NCBI GenBank assembly: GCA_021613535.1
Contig: CP075493.1
Span: forward strand, 14,570,001 to 14,634,000
Direction: 5' to 3'
Length of the DNA stretch: 64,000 nucleotides
Origin: Adineta vaga
Lineage: Eukaryota > Animalia > Rotifera
The translations under genes were made by a program, and so were the position numbers. Shown in pieces: positions 52,100 through 64,000 of this stretch; the first letter of the stretch is position 1; every line of letters starts with the position of its first letter. Under the pieces are notes generated by a model that saw nothing but the letters and a program-made list of their open reading frames with translations, had not been told where the DNA came from and did no database searches.

Positions 52100-54285
52100 A
52101 CATTTCTCATTTTATTTTCTCGAATTTATTAGATTTTTTTCAAAAAAATGAATAAAAAATAAACAGTACGGACTGAAATTTGATTCTTCTTCTCGTCTTT
52201 TTATCGATAGGCTATATGTACTCGTTTGTTGAAATTGGTTTCGACATTGAACAAAACGGATGTGGAAAAGGAAACGGAATTGAGCTTCCGGATTTGATTT
52301 TTTTTCTTTGAGAAAAAAAATTTTCTATTACGTCTCATTTCATTATTCAACAAATAGAACTTAACTAATCTTTCACACAAATAAGTTCTTAGAAATTCTA
52401 AAAGATACGTTTTTTTCAATTAAATAAATTCTTCTTTTCAACGAGTCTCTTACTTATTCAATAAGAAATCATCAATAACTATTTTAACAATAGATTTCAT
52501 TCATTATTCATCTATAGATCTTTTATTTTCATGAGTATAATACTCTAATAAACATTAATAGAATATTTATTGTACCATGAATGATTACCTTTCAAATTCT
52601 ATTCTCTTTTATCTGTTGAAAATATCTTATTTTTTCCAATTGATTCTTATTTGAAATACAGAAATTTGTTGAACTATTCAATATACTAAAAACAATCGAG
52701 ATTATCTATGTGTTTGAAAATAATCAAGTTTCGATCTTCTCAAGTGATTGATTGAATAATAATATCTTGGTTGTAGGTATAGAACAAATACCCACACGTT
52801 GTACTTTTACAAAGAAAAGAAGAAAAATATTGGTCGCGAACAATGTATAAAAAGTAGAAACGAGGCTAGGACAATTCGTCGCAAATATATACTAATTAAT
52901 CTACAATAAATAATCTCTCTCTCTTATTATAATTAAGATAGTTACATATGTAACTCAATTCATAAAAAAATTACACCATCATCGACAAGAAAATATACAG
53001 ACTAATTTGAAGACTTCGCAGAAAATCTTTTAAAAGTATCAAAAGCTAAAATAGAGAACTTAAACTACCAAAACAATTTGTTGCAGTCTTTAAAACGGAA
53101 ATGTTATTCATTCAATCATGAGACAAAACTTTTATCTCACTTGTGACGTAGAGGTTTTTCAACATCCTCTATTAAATATAAATTAAAGCAAACTTCTACT
53201 CTACATAGATGTTCTACAAATGAGCTGATTATTTTTAGCATACCATCAACAATAAACATTCATACGTATTAATAAAAATCCAAATTTTTTTTCGTGAAGA
53301 TCAGAACTGTTCGCAGCATTGATCGTTACGTCGGATGTATATAAAATGTTATCAAAAATTTCTTTTCTTATTCATGAAGTCTTAAAAATTTCTTGCCTAA
53401 ATCGTCTTGAATGAAAAGCAAATCATGTTGTTCAAAAGCGTAAAGTATTCTTCGCTTATTTTTTGCTAAATTTGTTTGGAGATTTCTCATTTTTTCATTT
53501 CAGACATATCTCAAATTGTTCTTTTGATTAAGCATATTCATCAAATCATGATGTCAATTTTTTACTGCACACGATGGTCATTGATTTACCAGATATTTCA
53601 AATCAAAATACTCATATTGAAAAGACAAGCTTATGTGTTGCAATCGAAAATAGAGTCAATGATAAAGTCATATACATTTCTGAAAGAAAAGATTTTCGTC
53701 TGGCAGACATTAATAAAACATTTAGACAATTGGTTGTACAAGTTTTGTTAAAAGAACTTATGGTTTATTTTCAAACGAATTCGTTTTTTGGATCATGTGG
53801 ATTCAATTTACATAATTTGATTCATTAATGATTTTATTTTTAAGAAAAAGAACTCATGTCGAAAAGTCTAACGCGATGCCGGTCCGTTCCATAGAGGTCG
53901 GAATCATCGTCTCGATAAGGATAAAAAAAGCTAACATCAATTTGTCTTTTTGATTCTATTTCAAAACAATAGTCAAATTTTTTAAGATTGATCTTTGTAT
54001 GAAGAAATAAACTTCGTGAGTATTGATGTGTTACCTGTATAATATAAGATGTGTTGGATAGATAAATAGAACTAGTTATGATACTAAAAGCGTATAAATT
54101 GTCAAAGATATCTTCGTCGTCGTCGTCTTTATATAGATGAAAAAAGAGGTCAGTCGTTAAGGTTGAGTGCACATTTGTTTTAAACTATGTTCTTTTTATT
54201 AAAATGAAAAGAAAAGCTCTACTAAATAAAAGAAAGTTTGTTTTTTTTTGAAAAAGAAAATTCAAATCAAAAGAGAAAAAACGTT

Positions 54286-54828
54286 CTAAAATTGCATAGG
54301 TGGTAAATATCCATAATTGGATGGAGACATTGGTTGCCATTGTGCTTGTTGATATTCATTTATTGGTTGTTGAAATGGTGAACGATTATTAGCTAATGGT
54401 AATCCTGTGTTCCAAGCAGGTGATAAATTCATTGCTGCAATTTGTCCACCATTAAATGGATTAGCTGCAAATGTTCCCGGAGTATATTTGCTTAAATCAA
54501 ACGGTTGAATCGGATAACGAACTTGTGGCATTCCATTGGGTGGAATAACATTCGCTGCAGCTAAAACATTTGGATTAATTGTTCCGACCATAGGTGAATT
54601 GAAAACATTGGGTCCTTGATAAAATCCCTGTGAAGTAGGACCAGTCATATTCGGATTAGCACCACGCATCATAGGTGGTTGAGACATTGCACGCGCTGAT
54701 GGTTCACCATGATGTGAACGATGTTTTGATGAACGACGTCTTGTTGAACCTTGTGGAACATTATAATGCCGTTCGTATTTACTAACTTTTTCCACTTTTT
54801 CATTTTTTCCACTATTGAATAAACCCAT
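54286..54828 (-). CDS. Low-complexity P/N/Q/G/M-rich protein with a putative N-myristoylation motif
   Basis: 180-aa ATG-initiated ORF, more GC-rich than its flanks. Starts MGLFNS, followed by a basic patch. An acceptor-like TACAG lies just upstream. Confidence 0.75.
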   Translation of the reverse strand: MGLFNSGKNEKVEKVSKYERHYNVPQGSTRRRSSKHRSHHGEPSARAMSQPPMMRGANPNMTGPTSQGFYQGPNVFNSPMVGTINPNVLAAANVIPPNGMPQVRYPIQPFDLSKYTPGTFAANPFNGGQIAAMNLSPAWNTGLPLANNRSPFQQPINEYQQAQWQPMSPSNYGYLPPMQF

Positions 54829-56972
54829 AACTGTATAGATTTCAACACTACTTGCTGTACTAGGTGACGAAGATTTAGTATCAGAGGCCAGTCTTTACTT
54901 CTGATCAAACTATCAAACTAAACAAAACTCACCAATTTAAATGAATATCATTTCTTTTCACTCTCTTTTTTTCTTCTCCTCTCTTTCTCTCATTTGTTCA
55001 TTCACGGTCTAATGAACACGAATATTTCTTTCGTCTTTCGTCGTTTTTTTTCTTGGGTATGGTCCAATATCTTTTTCTTTATGTTAAATTTCATTTCTCA
55101 TTATGAATTGTGTTCAAAGTGAACATCATTTTACGACAATTCAACCGTGACAATGAATATATCTTGCGTCAATCATCTTCAATATATATTCATTAGTCAA
55201 GCAAATAGAACAAACCATGTCTATCATCAAATCATACAAATAAGAAAAAATCTCTCGTATAGCGATTTTTCAATGGCAATATTCACTTTGACAAACTAAT
55301 AATTATCAATTTAATATAGAAATATTCATTTTCTTTAAGAAGAACAATTCTTATCATTTCTATTAACATGAGACAATTTTTCCAGTCTGACCTTATATTC
55401 GACCTAGACAATAGAAAATGTTAGATGAATTCATAATATTGATTTTCTATACATCTATTAAATTGTGTAGTCAAGGACATGAGTCGATTTTCAAGGTAGA
55501 AGGACCGGTGATGACATCTAGAAAGGTTTGAGTGCATATTTTATATGTTATTCTTTAATATAAAATACATCACTTAAACATCAAAAGAATATTTTAAATT
55601 CTTCGTTTTAATTTAATTGTTCTAAATTTATTAATTATATCATTTATAATCCATCGAGAATTTTTATATCTTTTTATGATATATAGAAACAGTTAAGATA
55701 TCGATTGTAAATGTTTTAATTTCTATTAATAAACTAAACATATCAATTATTACTTACTTTACTAATTGACAAATTAATTTAAAAGATAGTATCAAATAAA
55801 TACATACAATAACGAGGTTGTGCATTCTAATTCGCAGAAATATTGCGTATTTATTCTATTTTAAGGAAAAAAGTCAAAATAATTTAATTTCTCGTATATT
55901 TATACAATAAAACTTTAGTAGATTTAACAAAATCAATGAAGAATAGATTCAGTTTCCAAAAAAAATTTCAAGATGCTAATAGCAACAGTTGAAATAAGAA
56001 CTTGAAATTCTTCATGAAAAAATTCGTCGGTTTAAACATACTCTTCAATTTCAAAATTGTCGAATCAATGAACGATCGAAAGTACTGATTGATAGTATGC
56101 CAACAAGTACAAAATAGCATCACGAATACTATAGGAAAAGAAAAAGATATAATCCTCGATCATACAATGGATCAAATTTTTGTTTATTAGATCTTAAAAT
56201 ACCTTAGAAATATTTAGAAAAAGCTCATTTTTTATATTGCATGCATAGCCTTTCTGACTATATATTGATCACATTTCAAATAAATCGAATTTGTTTCGTT
56301 AGCATAACTTGTTTCTTGTATAAATGCTGATAAATTGGCAAGAAATTTACTATAATTATGAACAAAGCAATATATAATATTATTATAGAATTTATCTGAA
56401 AATACAATTCATAAATGGTTGACAAAATAATCAAAATACTTACACCATATATCAGAAGATCAATGTATAAATTTTGCTCTCGTCTTTTTTTCTCTTTCTA
56501 CGAGAGAAAAAAAACAGACATATATCATAGACGAATTTCTTTCATGACACATGGAATTATTTTAAACGACTCATACTTGCAAAGTTACAATGAAACTGTA
56601 AATTCCATACCTATTGTTGTCATAATCCATCATATTGGTGAGCTTTTGCAGATGTTCGCTTCCATATTTGATAGAATATAATATACAAAACGTATCGTTT
56701 AATAATTTGTATAATATGTCGTCAAATAAAAACTTTTAGTATGACTAAATGATTAAGTACACGAGTATGAACACATACAGACATCTGTTCTCGAATATAT
56801 CGATTTAATAGACAAAGTCACCCAATCAAAAAATTTTATCGATTCTTTGATCCTGGTATTCTTTGTTGATATCTTTTATTTCTGTTGGTCACACGTATTT
56901 CATTCATATTATCTATTTATTAAAATAATAACAAATATGGCATCTGATTATACAACATCAAATAATGATCAA

Positions 56973-57295
56973 CCCAGGTCGACCAATCCGATACTCGGAT
57001 CCGATCGGATCCCATGCCGGATTCAATCGGAATCTGATGATCCGGCAATATCCTATCGGATCCAACATAGGATCCTATAGTTCCCAAAAAACGGATTTCG
57101 ACGGATCCGATAGGTGGCCATAAGACCGTAATAAAATATAGTTTAAAAGAACGCTTATAAAATTTGCAGCCTCCGGCGGAAGTTTTGCTGGCGGAATCCA
57201 ATACAGATCCGTCACCAGGAATCCGATAGGATTTTGTAGGAACGTTGAATCCTATAGGGTTCTATCGGATCTAATATCGGATTTGTCGACCTGGG
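56973..57295. mobile_element. Non-autonomous TIR element (MITE), ~323 bp
   Basis: Terminal inverted repeats CCCAGGTCGACCAATCCGATA... and ...TATCGGATTTGTCGACCTGGG. GC-rich against the background, with internal GGATCC/ATCGGA sub-repeats. Flanks are AA and TA. Confidence 0.9.
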
Positions 57296-57863
57296 TACAT
57301 TAATATTAATACTTTATATTCACTTCTATCATTTTGAAATAAAAATGACTTTTCTTAAAATAAAAAAAACTTGTGTAGCTAAATTGATTGCAATGAAATA
57401 TTTTTTCTTATTGAAGAAAATGTTGTTCTCATTTCCATTAAGAAAATATCTAAACTAGGTGTGTATGAAGAAGAAGAAAAAATTGTGCTCAATTTGTTTT
57501 GATGAAATCAGAAAGAAAACATTCAGTCTTAGAAATATTGTGATGGCACAATTTTGAAGAAATTTTTGAAACTTTGATAGACATAAATGACAGAAGAAAT
57601 TTATTTTTCTTGTGAAGAAGAAAAGAAACTGAAGTTGTTGAGTTTTTTTCTTTTTAGTTGTTGTCAAAATCAATGTGAATGGTTGCTATCGGTAATTCTT
57701 CTTCTAGTTGTCATGGTTTATATTGGCTTATTCTTTTTCTTTTTTTTCTTCTATTCTATCAATCACTTATTTACTCATAGAAATCAACAAAAGAACAAGA
57801 AGAAATTACTTTGCTGTGACTATTGATACGAATAATTATTTTATATTAGAAAATTATCGAATC

Positions 57864-58657
57864 ATGTCGTGGGAAATGGAATTAGATGAAAATATCTTAG
57901 AAGATTTATATCTATGGATTGATAGTTTACCTTTATCAAGACCGAAGAAAAGAATTGAACGAGATTTTTCTGATGGTAAAAGCATTTTTTAACCGAATTT
58001 TTTATATTCTATGCTGTTTTTGTTCATGTTAGGTACATTAGTCGCTGAAATTATCCGTTATTATTTACCGGATTTAGTTGAAATGCATAATTATACGCCA
58101 GCACATTCACTTCAACCAAAAAAAGCCAATTGGGGAATGTTAAATAAAAAAGTTCTGTCACATTTTGGACTTGATTTACCTGATGTAATTATAACTGGTC
58201 TTGCGAATGGAAAACCAGGACTTATTGAAGTTCTTCTTTTTAATTTAAGAATGAAGATCGATGAAGAATTAGAACTACAACAAAAAATGTATCAACACCA
58301 ACAACAACAACAAAATCCACATCATCCTGCACAACAAATCATATCACCACGACAATCTTCTCTTTCGCATTTAACGTCCTTATCGAAAACGAATCAAGTT
58401 CCTTTAATATCAACGCGCTCAAATAAATCAAGTAAAACTAGTAAAACAAATCAAACTGCTCATCGAGACGTGTCTCGCTCGAGTATGAAGAAGTCAAACA
58501 GCAATGTTTCCAACAACAAGAAGAAATTGAAGTACTTCATGCAAAAATTCGTCGACTTGAACATGTTCTTCAACTTAAAGATATTCGAATAAGTGAATTA
58601 TCAAAAGCAGTAGAAGATAGTAGACCGACAAGACCAACTGCAGTTCAGAAAAAATAA
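57864..58657 (+). CDS. SPEF1: Sperm flagellar protein 1 / CLAMP (CH domain plus C-terminal coiled coil), with an apparent 1-nt frameshift near 58478
   Basis: LYLWIDSLPLSRPKKRIERDFSDG|TLVAEII..LVEMHNYTPAHS..K.ANWGMLNKKVL. The conserved tail EVLHAKIRRLEHVLQLKDIRISEL lies in a shifted frame. Confidence 0.9.
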
Positions 58658-58829
58658 TTTCATCTTCATGTTCTTTTCATATTGAATAAATATTTGGTTG
58701 AAATTATCAGCGATATATAAGCTTTTATTCAAAAGGAAAGATCGAGTAATCGAATACTTTTCCAGATGTTTTTTAAATTATGACTTCAAAAGAATATAAA
58801 GTGCAGAAGAAAAAAAAACAAATAAATGC

Positions 58830-59375
58830 TTAATCATTTGAAATAATTTTGTCACATTTAACATCCATAAGAAGAGTAGCTTGAGGTGGAATCACATCAC
58901 CAGCTCCAACATCTCCATATGCATATGATGGTGGTATAATCAATTTTCTTTCTTCACCTTCACAGATACTTGAAAAGAAAAGAAAAGAAAAGAAAAAAGA
59001 AACGAATGCAAATCAAATTAAACAAAGATCAAATGTCTTTTGATATACTCGAGTAAACCTTGGTCCCATCCTTGAATAGCTTGTCCATGTCCAATTTTGA
59101 AAATAAATGGATGACCACGATCGTACGATGAATCAAATTTGACTCCATTTGATTTTAAAACTCCCTGAAAATATCGGAATAAATTGTTTTCTTTCATAAA
59201 CTAAACATACCGTGTATTGCATGTGTAGAGTATCTCCGACTTTTGATCTTTTCGAACAACTAAGGACTTTTTTTGTTGTCATGACTTGTAATTTTTCTTG
59301 AGCAAACGATGAAACATTTGAAAAGAAATTGACGATAAATATGAACAAAACAACGAAGATTGTAATAGATTTCAT
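58830..59375 (-). CDS. FKBP2: Secretory-pathway FKBP-type peptidyl-prolyl isomerase (FKBP2-like), copy 1
   Basis: Signal peptide, then [16 protein letters not shown]|[36 protein letters not shown]|.[28 protein letters not shown]; two short introns. Confidence 0.9.
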
Positions 59376-60559
59376 TTGAAATATTATTTTCAAATGAACG
59401 ATAAAATAACTACAGTGATTGCATCATACAAAGAGGTCACTGTACAAATTTTGCTTTCTGTGAAGGAAAAAGAACAAGCATATATCAGTCCATGTTAGTT
59501 CATGTTAACAATAACAAAAAAGGATTAACGAAATTGGTATGATTGTTTGTTTATATCAATATAAAGACATTGTCTATAGATCTAATCATTTTAAACGATG
59601 TCGGATAAAAGAATTTTAAAAAATCTATTTATTTAAATATAAAACTTTTTTAAAGATTATTTATTAAATATCAAGGTTTATATTTTTCAGGTCTATATAG
59701 AATGGTGTTTATGCGTTAAATAAATTAGTTAATACTGTAGAAAAAGTAATCCTACTATGAGTAGAGATCATCAAAGGTTAAATGAATTTACATAGTTGAG
59801 AACAAGAATATATCAATCGTTATTATTGCAATAGAATTGAACAAATGCTTCGAATGTTAAAGACATCATTATATTAAACTATGTAGGAGATTATTAATAA
59901 TAATCTATGAAATTCATTCAGTCTCGGAATATTATCTTTGTAGACATTGGAATTGTGTAGTAATACAATTTTTTTTTAAATATTTTTCTATTATCCAAAT
60001 GAAGTTATTATAGATAATCAAGTTGAGTTGTTTCAAGTTTCATTTCAAGACGTTTTGTATTCTTTTTCAATTGTATTTCATAACTAATAAACATAGAGAA
60101 GTATATTATTCAAATATGAATAATTCTGTTTTATTTAAACATGAAGTTTCAATTGAACATATCAAGAGAAATTTTTTATTTTTAATGACAAATATTCAAT
60201 AATCGTTGAGACAATTGAGGAATTTGTCTTTGCTCTCAAGAATGATGATAAAACATAAACCTGTTTTAATTGGTTCAACACACAGTTATTTAGTCAAACT
60301 CAATTAAATATATACAGGTATGTACTTTTACACAAGTTATCTTAAAAAAACCATTCATAACTATGGAATACTTAAGAAATTAGGTGATATTAATCATTCT
60401 CTTGTGTCTAGTGTTATAATAGACCACTTACATAGTTAGATATATCAAAAATCAATCAGTTACATTTACATTGAAAAGCTCTGGTAAATAGTCTCGTCAG
60501 ATTAATTCATCTATACAAGTCTTTTGTTAAAATAATTCATTACCAATGATTGGCTATCA

Positions 60560-62290
60560 TTTAGACAATACATGTCAAACCTAAAGTGTTATTACTTTGT
60601 TCTATTATCACTATTGGTAATAATCGTTTAGAAAAACTTGCATTTGATATCGTGTTATCCAATTAATTTAATTTTAGATTATTTTCAATCATCATATCAA
60701 TTTATTATGCCTTGTATTCTTAATAATATTGAATCATTAACATTAAGTATTCAACATATTCCAAATATGATTACTTTTGTTGAAAGATATTGTCATGAAC
60801 ACTCTTCCAAATCTGACATATTTGAAAGTAATAATGGATCGAGGAAATTCTATGACAGACACATCTTTTATATTAGGTCAACTGATTAACTAAGGCTTTA
60901 GTTCATCTTCTACTTAAGAAATGGGAAAAATTCTTAATTTACTTAGATATAGAAGATTCAAGTCATTTTCTAGAAACATTTAAACAGATTATTATAATAT
61001 TTAAAGTTCATATAGTGGTCTAATAGTTCAGTAAGCTATAGACAAACATTTAAAGAATGGATTATTCAGTATATGACCACATATTCATTGCGATAAAAAT
61101 ATTATGGTCCTTAGAAATCTTTTATTTTGATCATAATGCATTAAAAAAATGTCTCATTAGAGAATCTACCATAGTATATTGACATCTTATGTTTGATCAG
61201 AATAGGATAGCTTTAAATATTAAAATAACCTCGATGATTCTTTTCCTTAAATGTTCTTAAAGGCAATTGAATATTGTGATATTTGTATATATTATTAGGC
61301 AACCATCTTTACGATCTACCACGATGTTTTATACTCTTCTCAAATATACCTCAAATTTATGTACTGAATAAAAGCGATATTGCTCGCAATTAAATCTAAA
61401 TTTCTTTGTTCATTATCTGTACCTTCTATTGTACCGTTTGAATTGCATGATGATTGTATTTTAACGAATATATTTCAAGATGATGGTTTATTTTTTCATG
61501 AATCAATTCGGCTCACAATTATGGTCATTTGTTGTAAACATGATGCTTTTTTCTGTACTAGATACTGGAAATTTTTCTGAAATTAAATCAGTAAGAACAT
61601 TTATTAATTGCAAATCTCTTTTAATTAATTTGTATAGATTTCAAGACCTAATTTAAAACGATTGACAATGATAAGTTATCGTAGGGTAACTAATTATGAA
61701 AATGTTTTTCTTCTTGTGTTTCACCGTTTATCAAATGTCGAATATTTAATATTATTATTGACTGTTAAATAGAAAATAAATATATCCGAACATTTTATCA
61801 TTTGGATAACGTTATTATTTCATATATATATCTCATTTATGTCAATTTCATTTTCATATTCGTTCAATCTTACCAAATGCTTCTCATGTAGAAATCGATA
61901 CAATTCGTCAAAGTTTTAGAAAACAAAAATTCGTTAATTGTTCAATCGATTATTTTAATAATGATCATGGCCAATGTCAAATCTATTCACTTCCATTCGT
62001 AGGTACTCATCTTGATTTTATTTCAAATCGATTTTCACTCTTTGCTACTGATAAAACATTTTCGATGACATTCATTGGGATTATGCTAAACAATTACTTT
62101 GTCGAAGTCAACTTCCTTCTCTTATTAAACTTGCCATTGACAATAATATATTGTTAAAACTAACCACTCAAGATCAACAACAAGCAAAAAACATTTATTC
62201 TAGAGTATAGGAACTCTACGAACTTTACATCCATTCTACCATTCAAAAGATAAACTTCGAAATTTTTTTCTATCAGATTCCTATGTTGAA
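60560..62290 (+). pseudogene. Heavily decayed rotifer-type F-box/LRR-like family gene
   Basis: Recognisable fragments (IRQSF...SIDYFNNDHGQCQIYSLPFVGTHLDFISNRF; YAKQLLCRSQLPSLIKLAID) broken by stops and frameshifts. Confidence 0.6.
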
Positions 62291-63041
62291 CATCCAAAAG
62301 AATAAAAATACGTAAATTATGTAAAAGTATTATAACTATTGTAAAATCTGAGAATCCATATGGAATCAACTATTTTCCGTTGTATCTAAATAAAAATATA
62401 TATCGTGACAGAATGAAATCTAATGGAACGTGATTTTCAGCCATCTATTGAACTGATTGATCGTGTTAAACTAAAAGTAAAGTATTTGAGAAAAATATAA
62501 AAATCTCTTTTTTTTCTATATAAGATGACATCTATCGTTGAAACGATAAATAGAATTTAAATATATAAAATTTGTCTTCATTGTCTGTAATTACTACGAA
62601 CTCAAATAGTATTTCATCAATTTCAATAAAATGAATATTTTTAATCTTGTGCAATACAAAACTGCGACAATCTCGTATACATGCGCTGTACGCATGCTAT
62701 TTCTTCTTATACCCTTACTTCGGTACATATTGTTGTACTTCAGTATTATCTTTCCTTTCCTTCTCTTTGACAGAAGAATATATAAGCGTGTGTTTTGTAT
62801 CAGAAAGACGCAATTTAAGAGGAAGAAATAAATAAAGGCGTATAGTTTCATCAGTGCATACATCTCTTCCATCAGAAATCGTTTCAAAAACTTTTCGAGA
62901 TCTTTCTCAATTAATTTCATGATGATATAGAAAGAGAGAGAAAAGCTTCTGTGTTTATCTTTTTCTTTTGTTAAATCAATCAAACAAATAAACAAACATA
63001 TTAAATGAATACTAAAATGAATATATTTTGTCAAAGAATGA

Positions 63042-63570
63042 TTATTCATCCGAAATAATTTTGTCACATTTAACATCCATAAGAAGAGTAGCTTGAGGTG
63101 GAATCACATCACCAGCTCCAACATCTCCATATGCATATGATGGTGGTATAATCAATTTTCTTTCTTCACCTTCACAGATACTTGAAAAGAAAAGAAACGA
63201 ATGCAAATCGAATTAAAAAAAGATCAGATGTCTTTTGCTTTACTCGAGTAAACCTTGGTCCCATCCTTGAATAGCCTGTCCATGTCCAATTTTGAAAATA
63301 AATGGATGACCACGATCGTACGATGAATCAAATTTAACTCCATTTGATTTTAAAACTCCCTGAAAATATCGGAATAAATTGTTTTCTTTCATAAATTAAA
63401 CATACCGTATATTGCATGTGTAGAGTATCTCCGACTTTTGATCTTTTTGAACAACTAAGAACTTTTTTTGTTGTCATGACTTGTAATTTTTCTTGAGCAA
63501 ACGATGAGACATTTGAAAAGAAATTGACGATAAATATGAACAAAACAACGAAAATTATACAAGATTTCAT
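63042..63570 (-). CDS. FKBP2: FKBP2-like peptidyl-prolyl isomerase, copy 2
   Basis: Near-identical direct duplicate of 58830-59375, ~4.2 kb downstream, with the same introns; ends ISDE* rather than ISND*. Confidence 0.9.
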
Positions 63571-64000
63571 CTAAAATAATCGCAATGATTACATCATACA
63601 ATAGAGGTCAATGTACAAATCTTACCCTCGTCTTCTTTTTTCTTTCTGCAAAAGAAAAAGAACAAACATCTACATGAGTAGATATTTATTTATCTATATA
63701 TAGAACAACTCTTTTTCTTTTCCTTTCTTTCCTACAAATTGTACATAGTTAGATAGATGTCTCTCTGAGAAAGTACATATGATATATACGATGATTCTCT
63801 GTAGTAGCGAAATTCATTGGTGAAATGCAACATACAGAATCGATTGAGATGATTATCTCGATTAAAAAAATATTATTCGAAATACAATTCTCAAACATGT
63901 TAATTTTATGCTGATTTTCAGTCAATTAAAAATTTTTATCGATCCGTTAGTTCTAATGTTTGTTCATTTCTTGTATTTTCCTGGAAAACAATACAATGAC

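Noticed and set aside
53400-54172. ORFs at 53476-53828 (+) and 53840-54172 (-)
   Set aside because: Mostly non-ATG starts and no recognisable domain or splice structure; could be decayed coding DNA but cannot be supported.
56847-57201. ORFs on both strands over the GC-rich segment
   Set aside because: They are translations of the MITE sequence.
62594-63076. 160-aa minus-strand ORF
   Set aside because: Begins out of frame within the last FKBP exon and runs through its AT-rich 3' region; non-ATG start.
1-64000. Prokaryotic origin or contamination suggested by the bacterial-type genes
   Set aside because: The APH-like and NRPS genes contain spliceosomal introns, match the local base composition and are contiguous with metazoan genes such as HCN, TTLL10 and SPEF1.

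Overview
This is eukaryotic, very AT-rich, gene-dense DNA with many ~50-70 nt GT-AG introns. It is most consistent with a bdelloid rotifer genome; this is inferred from intron size, the repeated rotifer-type F-box/LRR-like family and intron-containing genes of bacterial type. Conserved metazoan genes are a SLC52 riboflavin transporter, a Cdc37-like co-chaperone, a TLDc protein, AVL9, ADA2/TADA2, TTLL10, a flavin amine oxidase, an HCN channel, SPEF1 and two FKBP2-like PPIases. The first ~17.5 kb holds three probable horizontally acquired genes among F-box pseudogenes: an 829-aa secreted propeller/helical-barrel protein, an APH-family kinase with a broken catalytic motif, and a stand-alone NRPS condensation domain. 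The most striking unexplained structure is a tandem array at ~29.4-40.4 kb with a 4.64-kb period. There ADA2 and the non-coding DNA are nearly identical between units, while two neighbouring orphan membrane-protein genes diverge strongly: one pair is about 30% identical with both ORFs intact, and the other has clustered amino-acid changes. This suggests a co-evolving two-gene recognition, defence or toxin-antidote cassette. Also present are ~214-bp inverted repeats (96% identical) enclosing an F-box pseudogene, a GC-rich MITE, a small secreted cationic peptide gene, an operon-like 36-nt gene junction and several microhomology-flanked deletions. All homology calls are from recognised motifs; no database search was run. 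Splice sites were read by eye.
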